The translations under genes were made by a program, and so were the position numbers. The notes beneath the pieces were generated by a model that worked only from the letters and a program-made list of their open reading frames with translations, searched no databases and was not told the origin of the DNA. From the IMG/VR virus record IMGVR_UViG_3300030103_005479, positions 1 to 39,490 of that record: a stretch of DNA of 39,490 nt. One strand, written 5' to 3'. Below, in pieces: positions 1 through 9,684 of the stretch. The DNA comes from a virus (taxonomy: Duplodnaviria; Caudoviricetes). Positions within the stretch are counted from its first letter, which is position 1. The number at the start of each line of letters is the position of its first letter.

Positions 1-1
1 G

Positions 2-94
2 GAGGCCGGTGACCGCTTGAGTTGGAGGCTCGACACAGACGGAAGTTCAATGTACATCAAAGTCCTCCCAGTCAAGGAGGGTGGTCAGGCGTGA
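2..94 (+). CDS. 3' end of a small AbrB/SpoVT/MazE-like DNA-binding protein (partial, not in ORF track)
   Basis: Frame 2 reads EAGDRLSWRLDTDGSSMYIKVLPVKEGGQA*, matching the GD-x-L-x-W...I-x-V-x-P end of AbrB folds; its TGA overlaps the next ATG (TGATG, 92-96). Confidence 0.5.
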   Translation, partial: EAGDRLSWRLDTDGSSMYIKVLPVKEGGQA

Positions 95-1032
95 TGGGTG
101 GTATTCCGAATCCCATGGCTCACAACCCTCAGCAGTCACTCGGTGTCGTCAACGAGGCTCACCTCATGGCACTGGCTGCTCAGGGCAATCCACAACTCAG
201 CAGAGCAGCGCTCATGGAGCAGGCTGCCGCGCAGCAGCAGATGCAGCAGATGGCAGAGCAGAAGAATCTAGAGGTTCCCAAGGTGAACTTCTATCCCAGC
301 ACTCACGCTGACCCTAGAAAAGCCCGTAAGAAGGATATCAGGCAGGCCTACAAACTACTTCGCCCAGCGAAGAGAAGGCTGCTCAGCCCAGCGAGGCTAT
401 GGGGCTCGAAATACCTCTACAACAAGCAGACCAACATATGCGTGGTCGATGGGTGCAACTGCTCCGAACTCATACAGCACGACAACCTCTACGCCAAGAT
501 ATGCGACGAGGACACGGGTCGCAGCCTATGGGAGATGTACTGGCAGAATCCAGTGACAGGAGAGCCATCCGCATTTCTCGCCATGGACAACGTCACGAGC
601 GGCAGGAAGATGAGAGGCACCTACTGCCCAGAGCATCTGCACCTGTACCACCTGCTGTGCAAATGGGAGGCCGAGCAGGAGAGGGAGAACGAGATGCAGC
701 CATCGAGATTCAAGGACAAGGTCAGGAGAGGCGTATCGATAGTGACGGTTCCAGTCTCCACGATAAAGAAGGACGAGATACCGGTTCCTGAGATGCTCGC
801 CAAGTACGAGCCCTTCTTCGAGTTGCTCGAGAGGGACTCCAGAGTCACCAAGGGCATCAATATCAATCACTACACCAATCCGATGACGGGATTGAACGAC
901 ATAACCACAGTTACTTTCGACCTGAGAATATTCCAAGACGAGTTGGCCAAGATGCAGCAGCCGACACCTGCTTTCCAGCAGATAATTAATCAACAACCCC
1001 CCATCGTGCAACAACCTGTAGGTGAGCAATGA
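94..1032 (+). CDS. Hypothetical protein, Gln-rich termini, Cys/His-rich putative Zn-binding core
   Basis: Long ORF; start moved to ATG 94 (TGATG coupling, GGAGGGTGG upstream); CVVDGCNC and YCPEHLHLYHLLC motifs. Confidence 0.75.
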   Translation: MGGIPNPMAHNPQQSLGVVNEAHLMALAAQGNPQLSRAALMEQAAAQQQMQQMAEQKNLEVPKVNFYPSTHADPRKARKKDIRQAYKLLRPAKRRLLSPARLWGSKYLYNKQTNICVVDGCNCSELIQHDNLYAKICDEDTGRSLWEMYWQNPVTGEPSAFLAMDNVTSGRKMRGTYCPEHLHLYHLLCKWEAEQERENEMQPSRFKDKVRRGVSIVTVPVSTIKKDEIPVPEMLAKYEPFFELLERDSRVTKGININHYTNPMTGLNDITTVTFDLRIFQDELAKMQQPTPAFQQIINQQPPIVQQPVGEQ

Positions 1033-1685
1033 TGTTCGGCTTCGGAAACAATCAACCACAGCAGCAGATGCCAAGCACCATGTTGAATCTATCTCAGACG
1101 GGAGCACCTACCGGGATGATACCCCAGCAGAACATGGGCATGGGCATGGGTGCACAGCAGCCTGCGCAGACTCTCATGGGGGGCATGTTCGCAGGGGCCG
1201 GATACGGCGACCAGTACAACCAGTACTACAATCAACCAGTCGCCCCTCCATCGGAGACCGAGATTCTAGATTCCATGCTGAAGACCCTCATACCCATTGA
1301 CAAGTTCATCGTCAGCCCGCAGATGCCGGCCATGATGGAGATGCTCTCCAGCATCATCAGCATGTCAGTTCTCAACATACTCAAGAACGCTACATTCGCT
1401 ATAGACGAAGATGACGGTTCTATGACACTAGATGTGACATCCCTCCCTCAAGACCTGCAGACTCTATCGGTCGAGAATGTGATGGCTCAGTTGTCCAATA
1501 TGCAGAACTCATCCAATCAAGCGATACAGAATGCAGAGATGCAGAGGCAGCAGGTTCTCGCCATGGCCAATCAGAGCATGATGGCCGGGGCTCTCAATGC
1601 CGCTATGGCCAATCCTAATCTCATAGAGAACGTAGGAACCGGGATAGGCTCCTTCACACGCAATCTACTGACAGGAGGAAGATGA
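1029..1685 (+). CDS. Hypothetical Gln/Met/Gly-rich protein
   Basis: ATGA overlap with the previous stop, AGGTGA RBS at about 1020; low-complexity N-terminus. Confidence 0.8.
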   Translation: MMFGFGNNQPQQQMPSTMLNLSQTGAPTGMIPQQNMGMGMGAQQPAQTLMGGMFAGAGYGDQYNQYYNQPVAPPSETEILDSMLKTLIPIDKFIVSPQMPAMMEMLSSIISMSVLNILKNATFAIDEDDGSMTLDVTSLPQDLQTLSVENVMAQLSNMQNSSNQAIQNAEMQRQQVLAMANQSMMAGALNAAMANPNLIENVGTGIGSFTRNLLTGGR

Positions 1686-1686
1686 T

Positions 1687-1932
1687 ATGATGAGTGGAAT
1701 GCCTATACCATCCCAGTTCGCAGCAATGGGTCTAGACCTATGGTCGCCTAAGAGAAGCGTGGTCGTCGACATGGTCATGGTCCAACTCATCAGCCTAGTC
1801 CTTCTCATGCTCGGAGTGCTCGTCTTCAGAGCGAATGAACTATCCACCAACGAGGCCACTTTCTACCTCGTTGGACTCTTCGGCTCGATGATATTCCTAT
1901 CAGCAGTTTACGCTCGTATATCACGCATGTGA
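1687..1932 (+). CDS. Small membrane protein with two predicted transmembrane helices
   Basis: Hydrophobic runs MVMVQLISLVLLMLGVLVF and FYLVGLFGSMIFLSAVY, basic C-terminus; GGAGG RBS. Confidence 0.75.
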   Translation: MMSGMPIPSQFAAMGLDLWSPKRSVVVDMVMVQLISLVLLMLGVLVFRANELSTNEATFYLVGLFGSMIFLSAVYARISRM

Positions 1933-1972
1933 TAAGAAACATTCATGTTTCGTGCTGCCTTAAGTACCTCTG

Positions 1973-2656
1973 ATGGAGGGTGGCGCACGCATCACGAAAC
2001 GCTCCTGCGCCTTCTGCCAGAGCGAGCAGAGGGACGAACTCGAGGAGATGCTGATGTCCGGCGACATGACCGCCAAGCAGATGGACAAAGACATGGGTTG
2101 GAGGGCCAACACGGCGGATAGGCACTACAGGAATCACATGGGTGAGTATCACATGGCAGCCAATCCCTCATGCAAGATATGCTCACATCCGCACCGAGCG
2201 GAGTTCGAGTCCCGTTACTTTCAGGATGGTAGTGAAAGTGAACAGATTGCTTCTGAGTTGGAAGTATCCGAGTCAACTGTGTACCATCACATGAAGCATC
2301 ACTTCCAACCGCTCGTCCAGAGAACGGCTGCCGTAGAGGTCGCACTCACCGTGGGCAAGGAACTCGACATACTCAGAGGCAACGTCGAGAGGCTCAATGA
2401 CAAACTGAGCGAACTGCTCTCCGAGGGCTCAGTCCATGAGGACGGCTTCGTGAGAGACGCGGTGTCACTGCACAAGGAAGTCAGGGAGTCTCTCAAGGAC
2501 ATGCTCAAACTCAACAACGACTGGGGCAGCGACTCCAACGAGACCACTGTCAATCAGACAATCAACGTGTTGAAGTTGGAGATGTCGAAGGAGTCGCCTG
2601 AGACTTGGAGCAGGATACGAGCCCAACTCATCGAGCAGGCAGGTGGTGACCTGTGA
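1973..2656 (+). CDS. Probable terminase small subunit / DNA-binding protein with two CxxC-HTH-HxxxH repeats and a coiled coil
   Basis: SCAFC...HYRNH and SCKIC...IASELEVSESTVYHHMKHH, then a helical oligomerisation region and a TVNQTINV tail; upstream of TerL. TerS call is inference. Confidence 0.55.
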   Translation: MEGGARITKRSCAFCQSEQRDELEEMLMSGDMTAKQMDKDMGWRANTADRHYRNHMGEYHMAANPSCKICSHPHRAEFESRYFQDGSESEQIASELEVSESTVYHHMKHHFQPLVQRTAAVEVALTVGKELDILRGNVERLNDKLSELLSEGSVHEDGFVRDAVSLHKEVRESLKDMLKLNNDWGSDSNETTVNQTINVLKLEMSKESPETWSRIRAQLIEQAGGDL

Positions 2657-3081
2657 GGGACGTGCAGCAGTATATCCAGATTCAGGACCTACTGCAGCAG
2701 TCGCATCCCGGTCACTCGCTCGTCAAATCAAACCACACCGGTATAATCAGCGAGAAGGAACTACCTCTCTTCCTAGACTATGTTGCTCTGCTCTTCGAGA
2801 GATTCAACTTCTACTTGGGTGACAGCGGTCTGCACGTGCTCGAGTTCGGTACCAAGATACCCACCTTGGTCGGTAATCTGAGAACCATGTGCGAGTGTGA
2901 CGAGCCTGAGATTATATTCCCCATCAGGAAGGAGATGAGGGAGATTCTACCTCTCATAGAGCAGGAGTTCTACGGCATGGGGGATTGCTTCACGGAACCA
3001 CCCATGGTCAAACAGTTCTATGAACGGGTGGCTCGTGCGCTAACACGCTCGTCGAAGTATCACATGGGGGAATCGGAATGA
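2653..3081 (+). CDS. Hypothetical protein
   Basis: GTGA overlap with the previous stop, GGTGGTGA RBS, ATGA coupling to the next gene. Confidence 0.75.
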   Translation: MRDVQQYIQIQDLLQQSHPGHSLVKSNHTGIISEKELPLFLDYVALLFERFNFYLGDSGLHVLEFGTKIPTLVGNLRTMCECDEPEIIFPIRKEMREILPLIEQEFYGMGDCFTEPPMVKQFYERVARALTRSSKYHMGESE

Positions 3082-4733
3082 CAGAGGGGATGATGGGACG
3101 TACTTCGGACACCCGAATCTACAACCCGCGCTCTGAATCATCGACGATGTTCCGCAACAACGACGGTGACGGCAACTACAATCCCGGTGACCCGAAGTAC
3201 GAGGAGCAGGAGAAGGAGAAGAAGCAGGCTGCTCGTGAGAAGCAGGCCAAGAAGGAACGCTCACGAAAGCACATCAAGGTGAGACCATCCATGCTCCGTG
3301 ATTTCGACAGCGACGAGGACGGCATCGACGACTCGAAGAAGGTCGACGCCGACAGGGAGATTCACGCTCAGACAGGCGCTGCCGGGAACTTCGGCTTCCT
3401 ATCCAGCCTCGCAGGAGGAGCCAAGGGACCGGGGGCCGCACGCGGTGAGATGGTCGCCATGGGCGAGGCGATGGACGATGCTTGGTCCGAGTTGTTAAAA
3501 CAAGGATTAACCCCTACTTCATCATTTGACCTTGCCCCATCAATGACTAGAGGTGCTGGAGAAGAAATGATGCCAGTGCAAGATGATGTTCCTATGGTTG
3601 ATGATGATGTAAACATGGGAGGCGGCAATTTAGATTGTGATTGCGCTGAGCGAGTAAGAGAGTATGAGATAAATCAATTAAATGAAGAGATAAAATACGC
3701 TAATGACTTAGTTCTTACAGAAGGATATCCAGAAGCAGCAAGAGATAATTGGACAAGAGATTTAATGAGAGAAATTTCATGGACGGAAAATGCTAGTTGT
3801 GAAGAAATAGAGAATGCTTATCGAAATACGTATAACATGATGTGTGTTACACCTGCTTTGAGTGATGAAGACCAAATGAAATATACAAGCGAGCCGATGG
3901 ACGATGCTTGGTCTGAACTTCTCAAGTCCAAGGCAAAAGACAGGGCCAAGAGGCGTAAGAAGGAGGCTCAGAAGAAATTCAAACCCAGCACTGGCGAGTT
4001 CAAGAGGCCTGTCGGGGGATACGACCCGAAGTCGGCCACCAGCCGTCGTGCCAAGTTCAAGTCGAGGGCTCTGGGCGGCAAGACCAAGAGAACCGGTCTC
4101 GGGAGGGCCCACCTCGCAGTCGAGATGGAGCACAGGGGAATCAAGACGAAGCAGCCTCTCAGGCTGGAGGACCCGAGGAAGTACATGCAGCAGATAGGCA
4201 GGCAGCAGGTCAGGGTCCAGCAGGGTCAGGTCCGAACACCGGCATCACCATCCATACCGCAAATCAGCGGATATTCCACCAGAGGTGCGCCTAAGCCCAA
4301 ACTGAAGCCCATGAGGGCACCACCAATCAACCCGCCGGTCATCGCCGGCGCACCACATCTGAACATGAGCGGAGGCACAACAGGCATGGGGATGGGAGCC
4401 TCTGCTCCTCCACCACCCATGCCAATCATGGCGAGCGAGGACCTGCACTCCGGCTCCGACCTGCAGAAGCGATTCGACTGGGCCACCATTCAACAACTCC
4501 GCCACATGCTATCCGAGAGCAAGAAACTCCTGCGTGAGAAGGAGCGCAAGAGGAAGGGCAAGGGCGACGCAGACACATCAGGCGGTGGAACCATGCTTCC
4601 CAACCACCCGTCCAACGGTCCCAAGCAGACGACACGTCCCTCGGGGGCGACCGAGGATGCGAAGAACGACCCACGACACTTCGGTGCTCATACCATCGGC
4701 AACGACGTTGGAAGGGGCGGTCGAACGGCATGA
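3078..4733 (+). CDS. Putative internal head polyprotein with duplicated MDDAWSELLK tag and basic segments
   Basis: 551-aa ORF coupled at both ends; two MDDAWSELLK copies bracket an AT-rich acidic insert; K/R-rich blocks. Confidence 0.75.
   Translation: MTEGMMGRTSDTRIYNPRSESSTMFRNNDGDGNYNPGDPKYEEQEKEKKQAAREKQAKKERSRKHIKVRPSMLRDFDSDEDGIDDSKKVDADREIHAQTGAAGNFGFLSSLAGGAKGPGAARGEMVAMGEAMDDAWSELLKQGLTPTSSFDLAPSMTRGAGEEMMPVQDDVPMVDDDVNMGGGNLDCDCAERVREYEINQLNEEIKYANDLVLTEGYPEAARDNWTRDLMREISWTENASCEEIENAYRNTYNMMCVTPALSDEDQMKYTSEPMDDAWSELLKSKAKDRAKRRKKEAQKKFKPSTGEFKRPVGGYDPKSATSRRAKFKSRALGGKTKRTGLGRAHLAVEMEHRGIKTKQPLRLEDPRKYMQQIGRQQVRVQQGQVRTPASPSIPQISGYSTRGAPKPKLKPMRAPPINPPVIAGAPHLNMSGGTTGMGMGASAPPPPMPIMASEDLHSGSDLQKRFDWATIQQLRHMLSESKKLLREKERKRKGKGDADTSGGGTMLPNHPSNGPKQTTRPSGATEDAKNDPRHFGAHTIGNDVGRGGRTA
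3463..3913 (+). repeat. 25-bp direct repeat (3463-3487 and 3889-3913, 1 mismatch) flanking an AT-rich in-frame insert
   Basis: GCGAG(G/C)CGATGGACGATGCTTGGTC twice, 426 bp apart; related third copy at about 10402-10434. Confidence 0.9.
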
Positions 4734-6913
4734 GGGTCATTCTCAAGAAGGGGTATCCGATTCTCAAGGGTGATGGCAATCACGGTGTCCATCCAGTGAC
4801 TGGCCAACCCTTCTATTATGGCAACCCACCACCCGAGTTCTTCCACTCGGAGGAGAACCCGCTGAATGAGCACGGCTTCGACAGACCCCTCTTCTCGCAT
4901 TACGGCGAGTTGGGGATGCCGCAGGGGGAGTTCGGTCCCGGCGAGTTCGGGGAGGCCGTGTTCACAGACGAGCATGGCGTCGAGCACAGGCACGGCATAG
5001 ACGGCGTCATCCACAAGGTCGGGAGGAGGCTGAGGGAGGCGGGGCTGACCAACATAGACCCCATCGACTTCGTCAATGAGGCAATCAGGAGATACAACGA
5101 GGCCCACAAGAACTCGGAGGAGCATTTCCTCCCTCCTGTAGACGACCCAGAAAAAGGCAGCGACGAATGGAGGAAGTTGCGCTCAATGGACTTCCAGCAC
5201 TCTAAGAGCCAAGCACAGGCCTCCGAGACCAAGGTCAGAGGAGCCGCTGGGACGCTCGGCACGGTGTACACCAACTCTGGGAGGGGCAACCAACCCTCAC
5301 TAGGCAGGTTCCACGAGTCCTACGCCATCCCCTTCGCACCCTTCCTCGCCGCCATGATGACGGATGCGGGAGTGACTCCAAGGAGATACGACGAGGGCAT
5401 CAACGTCGGTCACATCAGCGTCAAGGACCTCTCGTTCAACCCCGCCACCGGGATGCCGGTCGGTGGTAGAAAGAGGGGGGCGCAGTCAGGGGAGACGATA
5501 GGTCCGAATGGTGAGTTGAATGACACATTCCTCAACAGATTGGGTGCCGATGCAGGTGTCGCCGTCGACAACCTACACTCCCACGAGATGATTCATCACA
5601 TGCCCGACGCACTCTACGGAATCGGCAAGGTGCCGGGTTCGCCCACCGACACCAGAAAATTCGCAGATATACTCTACAACCTCAACCAATCAAAGATGCC
5701 GAAGGAACTCCTCGACAAGGTCATCATGCAGGACAAGGGAGGTCCTGTCACTCTGAGAGACGCTCTCTCCAATGAGACGGACAACCACGCGCTCGCTAGG
5801 AAACTCGCTCAGACTCCCAGTGCCCTTCACCTCATGATGGGTGATACTTCACAGGGAATAGCAAAAAAACTACTAGATGACCTTCGTAATGAAGTGCAAC
5901 TACCAGAGGGTGTCTCCCTCGATGACATGAAGACCCATATCAAGGCGGGCTCGTTGACGAACAAATATCATAGAGATAGGAAGAAAGGGTCGAGCCATAA
6001 GACCGCCGCAGAACTCTTCGCCTACGCGCAACTCCTCGGTGAGAGCGAGAACTTCCCCGGTGTCAGTCAACTGAGAGAAGCCGATTGGCCGGGCATAAGA
6101 CTCCACCCCGATGTGGAGGGGCAGAGACACGCGACCGAACTGGTCGCCGCCGCCCTATCCCATCATTACGGCCACACACCTAACAGGCCCCTGCTCGATG
6201 AGACACCTGTCGGCCCCAACACCGGCAGGAACAGCGCTGGGTTCCCGACGGCCCCCATGAACATGAAACTGCCCGACCATCTCGACCAGTATCACCTCAA
6301 ATTCGACAGGATGGCGGATACCCCCATAGCCGAGCCGGAGCAGCAGCCAATCAGCCCGCAGTACGCCAAGGTCAGGCAAACCCCGCCCGCGCAGACCCCT
6401 CCTTCCACTCCACCGATTACTCCCAGCGAGGAATACCGACAAGCACAAAGGGCGTTCCGCTATGCGACTCCCGAGGACGTGCGTGACGTGTATGTGGCAA
6501 GGACAGGCTACGGGCAGCCCGGAAGGGCGCCAGCGCCCACCGGTCCGATGACCCCGCAGGAGCGGAGGTTCCAGCAGACGCTTTCAGACCCCTACCAGCA
6601 GACGCTCGACCAGTATCTCCGTGGCGACTCCTCGCCGATAGAGGACAGACTCATCAAAGCGATGGAGAATCTCCAGTACAAGGACGCCGCCAACGACGAC
6701 GACATCCGCAAGCACCTGCCATCTCAGACCCTGAGCATGATGAACGAGGACGACCTCTCCTACATGGCCGAGAAGATGAGCATCACCAAGCACGACGTCC
6801 GCGCCATCCTGTTCTCCAAGGGCGACTGGCACCGCGTCGCTGACACATTCAACATGAGCCCCACCATCGTCAAGGCAGTCAAGGTGGCTTTCGGGGGTGG
6901 TGCAGATGAGTAA
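4730..6913 (+). CDS. Large hypothetical protein, putative internal virion protein with a C-terminal HTH-like domain
   Basis: 727 aa, ATGA-coupled; N-terminus MRVILKKGYPILKG; C-terminal WHRVADTFNMSPTIVKAVK is HTH-like. Confidence 0.75.
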   Translation: MRVILKKGYPILKGDGNHGVHPVTGQPFYYGNPPPEFFHSEENPLNEHGFDRPLFSHYGELGMPQGEFGPGEFGEAVFTDEHGVEHRHGIDGVIHKVGRRLREAGLTNIDPIDFVNEAIRRYNEAHKNSEEHFLPPVDDPEKGSDEWRKLRSMDFQHSKSQAQASETKVRGAAGTLGTVYTNSGRGNQPSLGRFHESYAIPFAPFLAAMMTDAGVTPRRYDEGINVGHISVKDLSFNPATGMPVGGRKRGAQSGETIGPNGELNDTFLNRLGADAGVAVDNLHSHEMIHHMPDALYGIGKVPGSPTDTRKFADILYNLNQSKMPKELLDKVIMQDKGGPVTLRDALSNETDNHALARKLAQTPSALHLMMGDTSQGIAKKLLDDLRNEVQLPEGVSLDDMKTHIKAGSLTNKYHRDRKKGSSHKTAAELFAYAQLLGESENFPGVSQLREADWPGIRLHPDVEGQRHATELVAAALSHHYGHTPNRPLLDETPVGPNTGRNSAGFPTAPMNMKLPDHLDQYHLKFDRMADTPIAEPEQQPISPQYAKVRQTPPAQTPPSTPPITPSEEYRQAQRAFRYATPEDVRDVYVARTGYGQPGRAPAPTGPMTPQERRFQQTLSDPYQQTLDQYLRGDSSPIEDRLIKAMENLQYKDAANDDDIRKHLPSQTLSMMNEDDLSYMAEKMSITKHDVRAILFSKGDWHRVADTFNMSPTIVKAVKVAFGGGADE

Positions 6914-7829
6914 GGTGCTCGTCCGCAAGCAGCAGGTGTTCGACGCCAAGCAGGCAGCCAACAACATGGCCACTGTTTCCGACCTCAGCAACTCAGGCAC
7001 GATAGAGCAACTCGGTCTCCTCAATCTTCTCAGTGGACCTCAGAAGCCACTCGCCCCCGCTGCCGCAGAGAAACTTGGGTACGACATGGATTCAAAACAG
7101 TACAAGAGGCTCAGAACGGGGGAGAGAATAGGTCAGGGACTAGCCGGTGCCTACAGCGGGTTCAGGGCATTGGACGCACTCGCCTCCGGCAGGAGCCCGA
7201 CCAGCGCGTTAGGCGCCGGGGCGGGGGCGTATGGGTCGGTTGCCCCCATAGCAAGCAGGGTCGGTGTCCGCGCCGCCAGCAGAGGCATGAAGCCCGCACC
7301 CAAGGAAGATGCACCCGAGAAAGTTGCAGTCAAACCACCTGTACCTGAGAAGATAGAGTACAACCCCGTCTTCGACCCTGTCACATTTGGACAGATAGAG
7401 AGAGGCAGAGCGGATACTATACAGAATAGGTTTCAACCCACCAAGATAGCAGTCGTAGACCCCAGTCCACTGAAAGACCCCAGCCCGTTGAAAGTCGCAA
7501 CACACGAAAACCTCGAAGAAGTTAATGGAATGCGTCAAAAGGTCTTCAGGAACAAGTTCACTGGTCCTGACCGACCTCCTCGAGTCAAGGTCGTTGAGCC
7601 GACGGTGGCAATGAATCCTCCAGACAAGAACATGCTATCGTATGGAGCAGAAATCAAACCTGCGGAGGGTTTCAAGAACGAGACCGCCACGACTCAAACC
7701 CAGCAGGGTGATAAACTCACAGCCAATCAAAAGAGGATGCTCTCAGAGCAGAGGAAACTACATGACGAATACGAAGACCCTGACGACGAGGAGAAGGCTA
7801 GGGAGCAGGGACAGTTACAGGGTGCGTGA
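6906..7829 (+). CDS. Hypothetical protein, putative internal virion protein
   Basis: ATG 6906 after GGGGTGGTG; starts MSKVLVRKQ; Gly/Ala amphipathic segment; DPSPLK duplication. Confidence 0.75.
   Translation: MSKVLVRKQQVFDAKQAANNMATVSDLSNSGTIEQLGLLNLLSGPQKPLAPAAAEKLGYDMDSKQYKRLRTGERIGQGLAGAYSGFRALDALASGRSPTSALGAGAGAYGSVAPIASRVGVRAASRGMKPAPKEDAPEKVAVKPPVPEKIEYNPVFDPVTFGQIERGRADTIQNRFQPTKIAVVDPSPLKDPSPLKVATHENLEEVNGMRQKVFRNKFTGPDRPPRVKVVEPTVAMNPPDKNMLSYGAEIKPAEGFKNETATTQTQQGDKLTANQKRMLSEQRKLHDEYEDPDDEEKAREQGQLQGA
7458..7493 (+). repeat. 18-bp imperfect tandem duplication (DPSPLK x2)
   Basis: GACCCCAGTCCACTGAAA followed by GACCCCAGCCCGTTGAAA. Confidence 0.8.
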
Positions 7830-7830
7830 T

Positions 7831-9321
7831 ATGAGCGAGGAGGGCGTCAAGAAGTTCGTCTTGGAGATGGACAGGGAGATGTCCAAGAAGTCGTTCAAGT
7901 ACTTCTTCACCGAGATACTGGGATTCCACTACAGCCATCACCACGAGATGTGGGAGAAGGGGCTCAGCACCCAGAGTTACTACTGCGTGAAGGCATCCCG
8001 AGACCACGGCAAGTCCACCCTGTTCATGTCATACGCGCTGTGGCTGGCGGCGTTCAACCCCGGCACCCACATCATGATTTTCTCACACTCTCTGGAGCAG
8101 ACCCTCGAGCACATGCGCTTCATCCGCAACAACATAGAGACATCACCCTGTCTGAGGGGTCTCAAGCCGGAGGGCAAGCCTTGGGCCAAGTCGTACTTCG
8201 AGTTCACCAACGGCAGCCGAATGATGGCGAAGTCGGTGGGTGGTGCCACTCGTGGTTTCCACCCCGACGTCGTCGTGTGCGACGATATCCTCTGGGGCAC
8301 CAGCGGGACCGAGTTGCAGAGAACGGCAGACTGGTTCTACGGCGTCCTGCTCCCCGTTCTCCACCACACCAGCAAACTCATGATGGTCGGAACACCATTC
8401 TCCTACAACGACCTGTATGCGGAGTTGGAGCAGAAGGACACGTTCTGCGTCGAGACATATCCCGCCATCGACAAGAAGGGCATAGCCCTGTGGCCAGAGC
8501 GGTGGAACCTAGAGGCGCTGGAGCAGAGGAGACTGTCCATGCCAGCCATACAGTTCAGCCGCGAGTACCTGTGCGAGCCCATCCACGATGTGGCCAGCAT
8601 GTTCCCGATGGACATACTCGAGGCCGCGAGAGACAGGGAACTCACCCTCATAGAGAGGGCAGAGACCAACTACAACGAACTGGGTGAGGCCGACGGGGTG
8701 TGGGGACAGCACTTCATCGGGCATGACCCCGCTATATCCTCCGACAAGAACGCCGACTACACCGCCATGACGGTGATGCGCTACTTGGGCGATGACGACA
8801 TCAAGCAGATTGTGCACGTCGTTCACGACAAGGGGCTCGGCAGCAACGCCCAGAGGAACATGATGCTCATGCTCAACAACCGCTTCAAGCCTGAACTCAT
8901 CGAACTCGAGGGCAACAACTTCCAGCGCATGTTCGAGGCCGAGTTGCAGAACATGAAAGCGGACATCCCCATCCGCACCTTCATGACGACTCGCACCAAG
9001 AAGGAGACTCTTTTCATGTCGCTGCTCATGGCGTTCGAGCAGGGCAAGATAAAACTCCCATACGGTGATGAGAAGAGCAGGGAGTACACACATCGCGTGG
9101 AGGAGGAACTCAATCGATTCGGCATGCAGAAGAACGGCAGGCTGGAGAGCGTCGGAGTCAACGACGACTTGGCCATGAGCCTCGCTCTGGCCAACTGGGG
9201 GACGAAGGAGTTCAAGGGCAGCGTCATGCTCCTCGACGACATCCTGCCCGGATTCGATGACTGGATGACTGGCAAGGACCATCGAAAGTCAAATTACGGG
9301 AGCCCTTGGATGATACCATAA
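7831..9321 (+). CDS. terL: Terminase large subunit
   Basis: Walker A ASRDHGKST, Walker B VVVCDDIL, coupling motif VGTP, RNase H-like nuclease IGHDPA...NDDLAMSLALA; start moved to ATG 7831 just after the upstream stop. Confidence 0.95.
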   Translation: MSEEGVKKFVLEMDREMSKKSFKYFFTEILGFHYSHHHEMWEKGLSTQSYYCVKASRDHGKSTLFMSYALWLAAFNPGTHIMIFSHSLEQTLEHMRFIRNNIETSPCLRGLKPEGKPWAKSYFEFTNGSRMMAKSVGGATRGFHPDVVVCDDILWGTSGTELQRTADWFYGVLLPVLHHTSKLMMVGTPFSYNDLYAELEQKDTFCVETYPAIDKKGIALWPERWNLEALEQRRLSMPAIQFSREYLCEPIHDVASMFPMDILEAARDRELTLIERAETNYNELGEADGVWGQHFIGHDPAISSDKNADYTAMTVMRYLGDDDIKQIVHVVHDKGLGSNAQRNMMLMLNNRFKPELIELEGNNFQRMFEAELQNMKADIPIRTFMTTRTKKETLFMSLLMAFEQGKIKLPYGDEKSREYTHRVEEELNRFGMQKNGRLESVGVNDDLAMSLALANWGTKEFKGSVMLLDDILPGFDDWMTGKDHRKSNYGSPWMIP

Positions 9322-9330
9322 GGTGATACT

Positions 9331-9684
9331 ATGGAGTGGGAATACTGTGATTGCTGCACGCCTATGCAACAGGCCTCGTTCGCATTGCTGGACGGTCACT
9401 TTGAGAAGGCCAAGAAGAAGTCCAAGCCCTTCCACGGCTACAACCCCAAGCGCCATCACAAGAAGGGCGGTCTCAACGCTGCTGGTCGTGCCAAGTTCAA
9501 GAGGGAGACAGGGGCTAACTTGAAGGCGCCCGTCACCACCAAGCCATCCAAACTCAAGCCCGGAAGCAAAAGGGCCAAGAGGAGAAAGTCCTTCTGTGCT
9601 CGCATGGGCGGTTCCAAGGGACCGACCAGCAAGGACGGTAAATTGACACCGAAAGGTGCAGCGTTGAAAAGGTGGAATTGTTAA
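9331..9684 (+). CDS. Small highly basic protein with an acidic Cys-rich leader (resembles DUF6321-type marine phage proteins)
   Basis: AGGTGA RBS; KKGGLNAAGRAKF...RRKSFCARM...ALKRWNC; family resemblance is from memory only. Confidence 0.75.
   Translation: MEWEYCDCCTPMQQASFALLDGHFEKAKKKSKPFHGYNPKRHHKKGGLNAAGRAKFKRETGANLKAPVTTKPSKLKPGSKRAKRRKSFCARMGGSKGPTSKDGKLTPKGAALKRWNC

Noticed and set aside
22-93. TTG start at 22 for the first long ORF
   Set aside because: Overlaps a plausible upstream gene in frame 2; ATG 94 has an RBS and TGATG coupling.
1960-1966. TTAAGTA as TATA box for the 1973 ORF
   Set aside because: Only 6 nt from the ATG, too close for archaeal promoter spacing.
3463-3913. IS element or att-flanked integrated element
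   Set aside because: No transposase or integrase, no terminal inverted repeats; the insert is in-frame coding sequence.
7642-7830. 63-aa N-terminal extension of TerL
   Set aside because: Overlaps the upstream gene; ATG 7831 follows its stop directly.
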